Assembly: GCA_951406725.2 (NCBI GenBank)
Contig: OX597829.1
Span: 48,856,001-48,920,000, forward strand
Source: Octopus vulgaris
Taxonomy: Eukaryota
DNA length: 64,000 nt
Direction: 5' to 3'
Position numbers and translations under genes: made by a program. The notes beneath the pieces were generated by a model. It did not search any database, was not told the origin of the DNA, and saw only the letters and a program-made list of their open reading frames with translations. Below, piece after piece: positions 26,229 to 39,060 of the stretch; positions within the stretch are counted from its first letter, which is position 1; each line of letters starts with the position of its first letter.

Positions 26229-26789
26229 ATAGTTTAGGAATGTTAATATAGTGTATGAAGTTTTCATGAGAGCCGCGTATGTCATTTTTGCTTATCTGTT
26301 TCTCCCATAAGGCTTGTTGTAGCTGGATTTCAACAGAAAATATTTGATGACAATATTTGATGACAATGTTTGATTACTGTTCATGTGTGGCCGCTGCGTC
26401 AGCAAGACTTTTGATTCCGTAAAGTGATCACAGATAAATATTACCGAGCAATGGCTATCAAGGTCATCTCCAGCCTGACATTAACAACTGTTTAAACACA
26501 TTTAGTATAAACACGAAGATTCACTTTCAACATCCTTCATACAAGTCATCACGAAATAGTTGATACGTAATTCAACGACATTTTACTTTGAATATTTAGC
26601 GAATTATATTTGAAGATTAACATTTTAAGTATTTCAAGGTTCTTAACGTGGGTGGTACTAAAGGGGTACTGGGTATGTCTAACAGGGAGTTACACATTAG
26701 CGGGTGGTGAGTGGGGAAGGGGAAAGTGAAGTAACATAACACACTAAATTTTACCTGTGGTGGTAATTATATTTTATCATGTGAAAAGG

Positions 26790-27115
26790 GTAGACCCCCT
26801 TCGGTCATGACAGACCATGGGATTGCACCTAGAAAGTTCCTCTCCGAGGCACTAATCTAGGCAAGGTTGTTTATGGAAGACCAGCAATCGCCCATGCACA
26901 CCAACCTCTTTTCTCCACGCCATCGATGTCATCCAAAGGAAAGGCAAAGGCAGATACAGCTTGGTACCAGTGATGTTGCAACTCGTTTCTACAACTGAGA
27001 GAGCTGGAACAAGGTGAAAATAAAGTGTCTTGCTCAAGAATACAACACACAGCCTGGTCAGGGAATCGAACTCACAACTTCATAATTGTGAGCCCGACGC
27101 TCTTACCACCGAGCA
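26790..27115 (-). mobile_element. tRNA SINE, head B plus tail Z
   Basis: Reverse complement has gagttcgattccc (B box) and ttcttgagcaagacactttat. Homologous to 38735-39060. Confidence 0.8.
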
Positions 27116-27852
27116 ATAATAAAACTAGTAACGGTTATTAAAATAAAATGGTTTCTCATCAGTCACAGGAAAGTTGTTAACTTGCAATGTGTTAAGTAAA
27201 TATACAACTTTGGCCTTTATCAATTTTTATCATTTCACTATCAAAATCCCACTCAAATTTTTGAATCGTCTTCCATATTAAGTTGGTTTGGTCGTGATAC
27301 CTCGCTCGCCACTTAGGTAGGCACTAGGCATAACAAAAATGGTGAAAACCACTGTTTTACTTGTTTCAGTCATGGAACTGCAGCCATACTGGGGCACCGC
27401 TTTGAAAGATTTTCTCCGTTAAAATCGACCCCGCTTCTTATTATATCGGTGTCTTTTGCCGAAGTGTTAAGTTACGCGGACCGAATAAGCAAAACAGCCT
27501 CGGTTGTCAAGCGACGATGGTGATGGGCACAAACAAATACTCATATGCACGAATATAAACACATACATTGCCATAAACGCATATAATATATATACATGTG
27601 TTTGTGTGTGTGTGTGTGTGTGTGTTTGTGTATGTGTGTGTATGGTTGGTTATCGCAACAGTTACCGTCTACTAATTTCCTTTATAGAAGCAATGGTTAT
27701 CTCGCAGCTATAGACAGAATCAAGAAAGAAGAGGTTGTTAAGTGAACTTACGAACTATAATCGGAAGTTAGATGTAAAATCGTGGATCATCCACGGGAAT
27801 TATGAAACTGCTGGGAATTCATGATGCAACACTGTTATCTTTTATGTTCGTA

Positions 27853-28250
27853 CTAGCAGTATCGCCCGGCGTTGCTCGGGTTTGTAAGGGAAATAACTAT
27901 ATAAGCATTTTTAGAGATGTAAAGTATAATAGCCATCTCAATATGGCTAACCACAAAGAGGGGGGGTGTTACTGTAGCTTTTTACGTTCTGAGATTTAAT
28001 AATAAATTTTTAGAGAGTTACTTCCCTTATATATGCCAAAATGCATTAAAAATGGGAAAAATTGATGGTAATTTTTTTTTTTAAATCGTAGACTCATCGT
28101 AGACGCGCGCTAATACCCAGAAGGGCTCGATATGAATCACGACTATAAGATACCCGGTTTTGGTTAAACTGCACCACAAAATGTGAGAGTAGTTAGGAAT
28201 CTAAATCGTATGAGACAGACAGCACACAACCTCACTTTTATATATAAAGA
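27853..28250 (-). mobile_element. Non-autonomous Helitron
   Basis: The minus strand starts A|TC(tttatatataaaag) and ends CTAG|T. A GC-rich hairpin, CCCGAGCAACGCCGGG, lies ~12 nt before the end. There is no TSD. Confidence 0.85.
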
Positions 28251-28298
28251 TTAGAGAAAATATTTTACTAGTATGTAAATTGGCGATTTCAGAGAGGG

Positions 28299-28354
<56 letters not shown>

Positions 28355-28824
28355 CGTTTATATCCAATATACTTAAATTCACAGCCCAAAGGGATAGAAA
28401 CCACAAATTATAACAAATTTTAATATTTCTGCTAATTGCGCCGTCTTCGAGCAAACAAGAAATATTTATATATTTTGTAACTAGCGTATTGGTTACTATT
28501 CAGTTTTGTAATTAGCGTATCAGTTCCTGCGTTCGGAGAATTGATATCTGTATCTAAACAACACCGTCAAAAGGGTAAAAGCTATTGAAAAAACAATTCA
28601 AACATTTTGCAAACTGTTCCAACAGGAAGCAAGCAAGCAAACTTTTGAAATATCATTAAAATCATGTTCCATTTGAGAATAAAACACAAAAAAAATATTT
28701 AACACTCACAAAAAAAAAAAATTAATGTTGAATTAAAATATCGAATATCACTGATAGCAGTACATACACACATACATACACATATATATTTACATACATA
28801 CATACACACACACACATATATATG

Positions 28825-28858
<34 letters not shown>

Positions 28859-28859
28859 C

Positions 28860-28920
<61 letters not shown>

Positions 28921-28973
28921 GTATGTATAAATATATATATATGTATATATATATATGTATATATACATACATA

Positions 28974-29015
<42 letters not shown>

Positions 29016-29149
29016 TACATACATGCATGCATGCATACATATGTACGTATATACATGTATTCTTACGTATGTATTATGTTACAATATGTATGTATGTATG
29101 CATGCATGTATATATGCATATATGTAATGTATGTATGTATTTATCTGTG

Positions 29150-29385
29150 AGTGTTTGTCCATGTGTGTGTGTGTGTCTTTGTGTTTGTATTGTCCTGCAT
29201 CACTGCTTGACAACCGGTGTCGGTTTGTTAATGTTCCCATGGATTAGCGATTCAGCAATAAGACATCGATACAATGAATACAATGCTTAAAAAATTTATT
29301 ACAGTCAGTTTGTTCAATTAAATCCTTCAAGGTGGTGCCCCAGCATGGCCACAGTCCAATGACTGAAACAAGTAAAAGATAAAAG
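29150..29385 (+). mobile_element. 3' half of SINE family A, seeding the satellite
   Basis: gcttgacaaccggtgtcggtttgtt...aaggtggtgccccagcatggccacagtccaatgactgaaacaagtaaaag. Confidence 0.8.
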
Positions 29386-32300
29386 ATATACTGGGATTGA
29401 TATGTTCAACTAAAACCCTTCAAGGTGGTGCCCCAGCATGGCCACAGTCCAATGACTGAAACAAGTAAAAGATAAAGGATATACTGGGATTGATATGTTC
29501 AACTAAAACCCTTCAAGGTGGTGCCCCAGCATGGCCACAGTCCAATGACTGAAACAAGTAAAAGATAAAAGATATACTGGGATTGATTTGTTCAACTAAA
29601 ACCCTTCAAGGTGGTGCCCCAGCATGGCCACAGTCCAGTGACTGAAACAAGTAAAAGATAAAAGATATACTGGGATTAATCTGTTCAACTAAAACCCTTC
29701 AAGGTGGTGCCCCAGCATGGCCACAGTCCAATGACTGAAACAAGTAAAAGATAAAAGATATACTGGGATTGATTTGTTCAACTAAAACCCTTCAAGGTGG
29801 TGCCCCAGCATGGCCACAGTCCAATGACTGAAACAAGTAAAAGATAAAAGATATACTGGGATTGATTTGTTCAACTAAAACCCTTCAAGGTGGTGCCCCA
29901 GCATGGCCACAGTCCAATGACTGAAACAAGTAAAAGATGAAAGATATACTGGGATTGATTTGTTCAACTAAAACCCTTCAAGGTGGTGCCCCAGCATGGC
30001 CACAGTCCAATGACTGAAACAAGTAAAAGATAAAAGATATACTGGGATTGATTTGTTCAACTAAAACCCTTCAAGGTGGTGCCCCAGCATGGCCACAGTC
30101 CAATTAGTGAAACAAGTAAAAGATAAAAGATATACTGGGATTGATTTGTTCAACTAAAACCCTTCAAGGTGGTGCCCCAGCATGCACAGTCCAATGACCA
30201 CATTGTCAACTAATGACTGAAACAAGTAAAAGATAAAAGATATACTGGGATTGATTTGTTCAACTAAAACCCTTCAAGGTGGTGCCCCAGCCAATGACTG
30301 AAACAAGTAAAAGATAAAAGATATACTGGGATTATTTGTTCAACTGGTGGTGCCCCAGCATGGCCACAGTCCACTGAAACAAGTAAAAGATAAAAGATAT
30401 ACTGGGATTGATTTGTTCAACTAAAACCCTTCAAGGTGGTGCCCCAGCATGGCCACAGTCCAATGACTGAAACAAGTAAAAGATAAAAGATATACTGGGA
30501 TTGATTTGTTCAACTAAAACCCTTCAAGGTGGTGCCCCAGCATGGCCACAGTCCAATGACTGAAACAAGTAAAAGATAAAAGATATACTGGGATTGATTT
30601 GTTCAACTAAAACCCTTCAAGGTGGTGCCCCAGCATGGCCACAGTCCAATGACTGAAACAAGTAAAAGATAAAAGATATACTGGGATTGATTTGTTCAAC
30701 TAAAACCCTTCAAGGTGGTGCCCCAGCATGGCCACAGTCCAATGACTGAAACAAGTAAAAGATAAAAGATATACTGGGATTGATTTGTTCAACTAAAACC
30801 CTTCAAGGTGGTGCCCCAGCATGGCCACAGTCCAATGACTGAAACAAGTAAAAGATAAAAGATATACTGGGATTGATTTGTTCAACTAAAACCCTTCAAG
30901 GTGGTGCCCCAGCATGGCCACAGTCCAATGACTGAAACAAGTAAAAGATAAAAGATATACTGGGATTGATTTGTTCAACTAAAACCCTTCAAGGTGGTGC
31001 CCCAGCATGGCCACAGTCCAATGACTGAAACAAGTAAAAGATAAAAGATATACTGGGATTGATTTGTTCAACTAAAACCCTTCAAGGTGGTGCCCCAGCA
31101 TGGCCACAGTCCAATGACTGAAACAAGTAAAAGATAAAAGATATACTGGGATTGATTTGTTCAACTAAAACCCTTCAAGGTGGTGCCCCAGCATGGCCAC
31201 AGTCCAATGACTGAAACAAGTAAAATTGATAAAAGATAAAAGATATACTGGGATTGATTAGTTCAACTAAAACCCTTCAAGGTGGTGCCCCAGCATGGCC
31301 ACAGTCCAATGACTGAAACAAGTAAAAGATAAAAGATATACTGGGATTGATTAGTTCAACTAAAACCCTTCAAGGTGGTGCCCCAGCATGGCCACAGTCC
31401 AATGACTGAAACAAGTAAAAGATAAAAGATATACTGGGATTGATTTGTTCAACTAAAACCCTTCAAGGTGGTGCCCCAGCATGGCCACAGTCCAATGACT
31501 GAAACAAGTAAAAGATAAAAGATATACTGGGATTGATTTGTTCAACTAAAACCCTTCAAGGTGGTGCCCCAGCATGGCCACAGTCCAATGACTGAAACAA
31601 GTAAAAGATAAAAGATATACTGGGATTGATTAGTTCAACTAAAACCCTTCAAGGTGGTGCCCCAGCATGGCCACAGTCCAATGACTGAAACAAGTAAAAG
31701 ATAAAAGATATACTGGGATTGATTAGTTCAACTAAAACCCTTCAAGGTGGTGCCCCAGCATGGCCACAGTCCAATGACTGAAACAAGTAAAAGATAAAAG
31801 ATATACTGGGATTGATTTGTTCAACTAAAACCCTTCAAGGTGGTGCCCCAGCATGGCCACAGTCCAATGACTGAAACAAGTAAAAGATAAAAGATATACT
31901 GGGATTGATTAGTTCAACTAAAACCCTTCAAGGTGGTGCCCCAGCATACAGTCCAATGACTGAAACAGTAAAAGATAAAAGATATACTGGGATTGATTAG
32001 TTCACAGTCCAATGACTGTCCAAACTGAAACAGTAAAAGATAAAAGATATACTGGGATTGATTTGTTCAACTAAAACCCTTCAAGGTGGTGCCCCAGCAT
32101 GGCCACAGTCCAATGACTGAAACAAGTAAAAGATAAAAGATATACTGGGATTGATTTGTTCAACTAAAACCCTTCAAGGTGGTGCCCCAGCATGGCCACA
32201 GTCCCCAATGACTGAAACAAGTAAAAGATAAAAGATATACTGGGATTGATTTGTTCAACTAAAACCCTTCAAGGTGGTGCCCCAGCATGGCCACAGTCCA

Positions 32301-33070
32301 ATGACTGAAACAAGTAAAAGATAAAAGATATACTGGGATTGATTAGTTCAACTAAAACCCTTCAAGGTGGTGCCCCAGTATGGCCACAGTCCAATGACTG
32401 AAACCAGTAAAAGATAAAAGATATACTGGGATTGATTAGTTCAACTAAAACCCTTCAAGGTGGTGCCCCAGCATGGCCACAGTCCAATGACTGAAACAAG
32501 TAAAAGATAAAAGATATACTGGGATTGATTTGTTCAACTAAAACCCTTCAAGGTGGTGCCCCAGCATGGCCACAGTCCAATGACTGAAACAAGTAAAAGA
32601 TAAAAGATATACTGGGATTGATTTGTTCAACTAAAACCCTTCAAGGTGGTGCCCCAGCATGGCCACATCCAATGACTGAAAACCAGTAAAAGATAAAAGA
32701 TATACTGGGATTGATTAGTTCAACTAAAAGCCTTCAAGGTGGTGCCCCAGTATGGCCACAGTCCAATGACTGAAACAAGATATACTGGGATAAAGCATAG
32801 ATAAAAGATATACTGGGATTGATTTGTTCAACTAAAACCCTTCAAGGTGGTGCCCCAGCATGGCCACAATCCAATGACTGAAACCAGTAAAAGATAAAAG
32901 ATATACTGGGATTGATTAGTTCAACTAAAAGCCTTCAAGGTGGTGCCCCAGCATGGCCACAGTCCAATGACTGAAACAAGTAAAAGATAAAAGATATACT
33001 GGGATTGATTTGTTCAACTAAAACCCTTCAAGGTGGTGCCCCAGCATGAACAGTCCAATGACTGAAACAA
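29300..33070 (+). repeat. Tandem satellite, 93-bp unit, about 40 copies, derived from the SINE A 3' tail
   Basis: Unit is tactgggattgatttgttcaactaaaacccttcaaggtggtgccccagcatggccacagtccaatgactgaaacaagtaaaagataaaagata (e.g. 29761-29853, next copy at 29854). No spacers. Confidence 0.97.
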
Positions 33071-33764
33071 TCAAATGCTGAAAGATAATATAGCGTAGTG
33101 CCTTTCCCAGAAACACAACGCAACATGGAAATTCGAACTTCTGAACAAATAATCGCAAAGTCTATCCATTTAGCCATTTTACTTAGCAACCAATTATTCC
33201 CCCGTTAAAAAAACAAAAAAGTCAATGAACCCGTAATCACACAGATACAAAGAAATAAACATAGATAATGGATTTCTAGAAATATACCATTATATATGCT
33301 ATGAATAATTTATAGTGTTGCACTTGTTCTGAAACGAGAGTTACTATCTGATGAGGTTTTACCGATTTCATATTCTTCGGATGTTTCAATTTAGTAACAT
33401 ACAATATATGGCTTACCATCTATTATAACCTATCAAATTTTGCTATACATATTAATACATATATGTATATTTCATTATATTCTATAATGATATATTCTCT
33501 GTCTCTCTAAAACTCCTCTCAAGGTTACTCTCCCTCCACAGTCCAATGACTGAAACAAGTCTTTCTCTGGGATTGATTTCTCAACTAAAACCCTTCAAGG
33601 TGGTGCCCCAGCATGGCCACAGTCTCGAATATATATATATATATATGTATATATATATTTATATATATATATATACACATACATATATATTACTGAGCGT
33701 TATACTAATACATCTGTTTGTTTGTACACCACCTGTCTTCGTCTTTAATTTTTTCGTAAACTCT

Positions 33765-33825
<61 letters not shown>

Positions 33826-33897
33826 GGTCCCGGGTTGAGTCGGGGTTAACCACAGTAAATAAGGTACTCAATACATGGCAGAGTAAATTAATTTATT

Positions 33898-34008
33898 TTA
33901 TAGAAGGAGCTTCTACAGGACTAGAACTGTTTCATTCAAATGAAATCATCAGGAAGCTCCTGATGATTTCATTTGAATGAAACAGTTCTAGTCCTGTAGA
34001 AGCTCCTT

Positions 34009-34014
<6 letters not shown>
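33898..34014. repeat. 117-bp palindrome with two head-to-head hammerheads
   Basis: ttatagaaggagcttctacagg...atcatcagga-agc-tcctgatgat...cctgtagaagctccttctataa, lying between (TA)n tracts. Confidence 0.95.
33909..33957 (-). ncRNA. Type I hammerhead motif (mirror copy on plus strand at ~33956-34003)
   Basis: Reverse complement reads GCTTC-CTGATGA-TTTCATTTGAAT-GAAA-CAG-TTCTAGTC-CTG-TA-GAAGC. Stem I is GCTTC/GAAGC, stem III is ACAG/CTGT and the site is GUA. Stem II is weak. Confidence 0.7.
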
Positions 34015-34046
<32 letters not shown>

Positions 34047-34069
34047 GTATATATATATACATATATATA

Positions 34070-34424
34070 GCAGCAGTAGTCGCTGTGTGGTAAGTAGTTT
34101 GTTTACCAACCACATGGTTCCGAGTTCAGTCCCACTGCGTGGCTCCTTGGACAAGTGTTCTCTACTATAGCCTCGGGCCGGCCAAAGCCTTGTGAGTGGA
34201 TTTGGTAGACGGAAATTGAAAGAAGCCTGTCGTTTATGCATATGTATGTGTGAGTGTGTGTGTGTATGTGTTTGTGTCCGTGTTTGTTCCCCACCATCGC
34301 TTGACAACCGATGCTGGTGTGCTTACGTCCCTGATAGAATAAGTACAAGGCTTACGAAGAATAAGTCCTGGGGTCGATTTGCTCGACTAAAGGCGGTGAT
34401 CCTGCACGGCCGCAGAATAGGAGA

Positions 34425-34481
<57 letters not shown>

Positions 34482-34775
34482 CGACCAAAGCCTTGTGAGT
34501 GGATTTGGTAGACGGAAACTGAAAAGAAGCCCGTCGTATATATGTATATATATATATGTGCGTGTGTGTGTCTGTGTTTGTCCCCCTAGCATTGCTTGAC
34601 AACCGATGCTGGTGTGTTTATGTCCCCGTCACTTAGCGGTTCGGCAAAAAGAGACCAATAGAATAAGTACTGGGCTTACAAAGAATAAGTCCAGGGGTCG
34701 ATTTGCTCCACTAAAGGCGGTGCTCCAGCATGGCCGCAGTCAAATGACTTAAACAAGTAAAAGAATAAAAGAAAG
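34070..34775 (+). mobile_element. Two adjacent SINE A copies (34070-34410 and 34478-34775)
   Basis: Both match 2503-2960. Confidence 0.85.
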
Positions 34776-34776
34776 A

Positions 34777-34827
<51 letters not shown>

Positions 34828-34830
<3 letters not shown>

Positions 34831-35060
34831 AAGTGGTTTGGGCGTTGCACTCAGGAGCGCGAGATCGTGGTTTCAATTCCTAGACCAGGTGGTGTGTTGT
34901 GATCTTGAGCAAAGCACTTCGTCTCATGTTGCTCTGTGATCATTTCAACTCTCGTAGCGTGGTGCACTCCTGCATCTGTGCAGGTAATGTTGATTTGATG
35001 GAAAGGGTGAGGTAATGTGTAGCACGAACATTTGATCTCTGTATACAAATCACTTGTGCA
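34828..35060 (+). mobile_element. tRNA SINE, head B-like with a different tail
   Basis: agtggtttgggcg...ggtttcaattcc...gatcttgagcaaagcacttc. The tail is unlike those of the other copies. Confidence 0.65.
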
Positions 35061-35117
35061 GGTCGATCAGATAAAGCTGAATGCTCATACATCATCTTCG
35101 ATCAGATAAATTCCATC

Positions 35118-35293
<176 letters not shown>

Positions 35294-35336
35294 CGTTTAA
35301 ATATTTGTTGTGCAAGATTTTTTATATATATTTATA

Positions 35337-35396
<60 letters not shown>

Positions 35397-35557
35397 TATA
35401 TAGGATATGAGAGGTATTATTGTCAAGAAGACCCAAAGGTGTCCGGTAACGCTAAGTAAGCTCCAGGTTCGATAATGGTACGATAAGGAGTCCAATGTAG
35501 GTTGTGTATTAGCATGCGTATATATATATACGCTCAGGAAAGAAGGAAAGAAGAAGG

Positions 35558-35592
35558 GTTCAACGTTTCGAGCGGAGCTCTTCGTCGGAAAC
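35558..35592 (-). ncRNA. Minimal hammerhead (family of 7359-7393) in pseudo-LTR ~35530-35645
   Basis: Reverse complement reads GTTT-CCGACGA-A-GAG-CTCCG-CTC-GAAACGTT-GAAC. The differences from the other copy are one loop base and a U-A to U-G wobble. Confidence 0.75.
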
Positions 35593-35699
35593 AGGAAAGA
35601 TCCAGAGAAGGGAAGACAGAGGAAAAAAAATCGCCAACGGTATACGAGATAAAAAAATCCAAGGTTGTGAATAGTTTTCAGAATATTTATAAAGAGAAG

Positions 35700-35747
35700 G
35701 TCTTACAGCTGTTTTCGGGATATTTTATATATCCCTTCATTGGAGAC
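35700..35747 (-). ncRNA. Degenerate hammerhead of another family
   Basis: Reverse complement reads GTCT-CCAATGA-A-GGGATAT-ATAAA-ATATCCC-GAAAA-CAGCTG-TA-AGAC. All three stems are intact, but the core has G5A and an extra A. Confidence 0.6.
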
Positions 35748-35804
35748 AGTACGAGAAAATGTTTAAGTAATTATTATACAGAAGATATGAAATACAGAGG
35801 GAAA

Positions 35805-38275
35805 TGACCCCTTTGTAAGAGATGGAACCTCCAAAAATTAAACTAGGATTACAGGAATCCCATATCTTAGGGTGGAGATCCTGTCAATGATGGTGTCAGG
35901 GAGGGAAAATATACTGGTGGTTGTGCAACCTAAAATTCACTTATCAAGAGTAGAAATGTCAAATAAAAATAGAAACGAGAATGGCATGAATGAGGCTGGA
36001 ACAACTTGTGAAGGTCTCTTACTCGGTGGATGCCCCACGGGGGAGCAGTGTTGGCCCAGTCGTCATCAAGCAACTGCTAAAAGAAAGTGGTCGAAAAAAA
36101 TGTGTGTGGCTATAATGGGGTGCTACTTTCTTGGTAATCTGAGAAATAATAATAAAGTACCTATTTCTTTATTACCCACAAGGGGCTAAACACAGGGCGG
36201 ACAAACAAGGACAGACATAGGTATTAAGTCGATTACATCGACCCCAGTGCGTAACTGGTACTTAATTTATCGACCCCGAAAGGATGAAAGGCAAAGTCGA
36301 CCTCGGCGGAATTTGAACTCACAACGTAACGCAGGCGAAATACTGCTAAGCATTTCGCCCGGCGTACTAACGTTTCTGCCAGCTCGCCGCCTTATAATAA
36401 AGTACCTGCTAGGGGATATAGGAAAAGAATGCACAGGGCATGGAGAGACAGAGGGCTATTTGAATTAAGTGAACAATATCTGTGTGACCAAGCTAGAAGC
36501 CATCAGAAAGAATGAATGGTTATCTCCAGTTGAATTAGAAAGCATTAAGAGATGGGTGCTTAGGGATAGTAAGACCAGCGCTGAACAGAAAAATGGGGAA
36601 GTGAATGCAGATAGTGAAACTGGTAGTGGATTTAAAGGAAGAAAACGAGCATGAGGCTGAGATTATTGATCAGGAAAGCGATGAGAGAACCAAGGAGGAG
36701 ATATCCATTTTAAATGAAATCATTATATTTGGACCTCCGGTGAACAGAGCTTTCATGGGGGGGGGGGGTGTTAAAAAAGTAGACAGAAAGAAATTCAATG
36801 AATGTCAGGAAGATAAATGATATCACTGGTGACATCAGGACTGACATCATCACAGACACCAATAATCTGATAAATGCAATCTCGATCTTTATAGCCTGGA
36901 AGTTAGGTTTGAAAGCCAAAGGTAAATGTCAGCATAACCCGAAGGAACCATGGTGGAAAAGGAGAATAACGCAGCGTATTAACGAGATCAGAAAACATAT
37001 TAATATTCTGGAAAGGAAAAAAAGAAAGGAAGTCCAGCGAGAGAAATACGTTGAGTTAGAGAGGAAGTATAGGGTGAAGAGAAAGGGGATCAATGTTGTG
37101 ATTGAGGAATTAAAACAGAGGTTGAAAGCTAAAGCATATAAACTAAAGAGATATGAACAGAGAATTGAGCAGTTCAGATTAAACAGACTTTTCGAGCAAA
37201 ATCAGAAACGAGTCTATGAGGAACTGGATGGGAAAGAAAAAGAGGGGAAAGCCATGTCGGATGCTGAAGAAAGCAAAAGATTCTGGTCAAATATATAGTC
37301 TCAGGAGAAACAACACGAAACTGAAGCAGAGTGGTTAAAGACACTCAAAGAGGAGAGTGGAGACTATCAGCAGGAGGATTTGAGAATAACCGAGGAGATT
37401 ATTAGAGATCAGTGCAGGAAAATTCCTAACTGGAAAGAGCCTGGCCCAGATGGGGCTCAGGGCTTTTGGTTTAAAAACTTGACAGCTATTCACAGAAAAA
37501 TTGTGAAACAGATGGACGAAATACTGAATAATGACATCCAAGTACCAGCCTGGACGACAAAAGGAAGAACGGTACTATGTCAGAAGGACCCAAGTAAAGT
37601 GAATGCGGTTGGAAATTTCGGACCAATATTTTGTTTGCTACTGATGTGGAAACTGATGACGGGTATCATATCAAACAGCATCTATAAGTACCTAGATGAG
37701 AAGGACCTACTACCGGTGCAACAAAAAGGGTGTAGACATAAGAGGAGAGGAACGAAGGATCAATTACTAATCGATAAGACTATCCTGGCTGACTGCAAGA
37801 AGAGACACAAAAATTTGGCAATGGCATGGGTGGATTACAGGAAAGCATATGACGTGGTCCTACACTCATGGATTATTGAATGCCTTAAACTCCTTAAGGC
37901 CTCTCACAATATCCTTAAGTTAATACAAAACTCAATGATAATGTGGCGAACTGAACTCACAGCATGGGAAGATAAGCTTGGAGAGGTAAATATCAAAAGA
38001 GGAATCTTTCAAGGGGACAGTCTGTCACCCCTACTATTTGTTGTCTGCATACTGCCACTAACGAGAGTTTTAAGAGATACATGCGGGGTACATGCAAGAC
38101 AGGGTGAAATTAAACCAACTATGGTTTATGGATGACCTAAAGCTATTCGCTAAAACTGAGAAAGAAATTGAGAGTTTGACGGCAACTTGTGCAGATGAGT
38201 AGCAAAGATATTGCCATGGAATTTGGGATCGAGAAATGTGGTGTAATGATTCTCAAAAGGGGGAAAATCAGTAAA
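35805..38275 (+). mobile_element. R4/Dong-like LINE family 3, 5' region and RT, truncated after YMDD
   Basis: KEPWWKRRI, NWKEPGPDGAQGFWFK, QKGCRHKRRGTKDQLLID, AWVDYRKAYDVV.HSW and GIFQGDSLSPLLF, then a frame-shifted MDDLKLFAK. It ends in poly-A/(AAT)n. Confidence 0.93.
36163..36393 (-). mobile_element. Full-length Nin/Deu SINE inserted in the LINE, 14-bp TSD
   Basis: TSD ataataaagtacct at 36149-36162 and 36394-36407. Confidence 0.9.
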
Positions 38276-38297
38276 AAAAAAAATTAAAAAAAAAAAA

Positions 38298-38398
<101 letters not shown>

Positions 38399-38734
38399 TA
38401 ATAATATATATTATTATATATTATATATATTCAAACTTAACAAATTTCGCTGAACAGATCACAAAACTCTGAGGTGTTAGTTCATCGTTACCTTACTTTT
38501 TCTTTAATATTTTACTCTTTTAATTGTTTCGGTCATTGGACTGCGGTCATGTTGGGGGCCACCTTGCAGAGTTTGATCCAACAAATCGACCTCAATACTT
38601 ATTTGTAAAGTCTGGTATTTACTCTATCGGATGTCAAGCTGTGGTGGGGAGGGCGAGAAACCCAAGGACATACACGCATACGTAACGGTTTTCTTATCAT
38701 ATAAATATATATATATATATAAATATATATATAG

Positions 38735-39060
38735 GGTGACCCCTTTCGGTCATGATTGAACCTAGAAGGTTCCCCTCTGAGGCACAAGTCTGGGCAGGGT
38801 TGCTTATGGAAGACCAGCAGTCACCCATGCACACCAGCCTCCTCTCTCTACATCACCAATGTTATCCCAAGGGAAATGCAAAGGCTGATACAGCTTGGCA
38901 CCAGTGATGTCACAACTCATTTCTACAGCTGAGTGAACTGGAACAATGTGAAATAAAGTGTCTTGCTCAAGAACACAACACGCAGCCCGGTCCGGCCCGG
39001 TCCGAACTCACAACCTTACAATCGTAAGCTCGACACTCAAACCACTGAGCCATGCGCCTT
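38735..39060 (-). mobile_element. tRNA SINE head B plus tail Z, nested in a fragmented SINE A (~38510-39280)
   Basis: Reverse complement starts aggcgcatggctcagtggtt. The SINE A tail lies to the left and its head to the right. Confidence 0.8.

Noticed and set aside
29810-29850. Hammerhead in the satellite unit (AGTC-CAAT-GACT-GAAAC-AA-GTA)
   Set aside because: Stem II-like and stem III-like parts exist, but there is no CUGANGA-type core before the hairpin and no stem I complement.
29300-33070. CRISPR-like array
   Set aside because: The units are contiguous and near-identical with no unique spacers. There are no cas genes, the context is eukaryotic, and the unit derives from a SINE tail.
33330-33370. 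CTGATGA-GGT-TTT-ACC-GAT as a hammerhead
   Set aside because: GAAA is replaced by GATT, and stems I and III cannot be closed.
37380-38135. Functional reverse transcriptase gene
   Set aside because: There is a frameshift just before YMDD, upstream stops, a SINE insertion and 3' truncation, so this is a dead copy.
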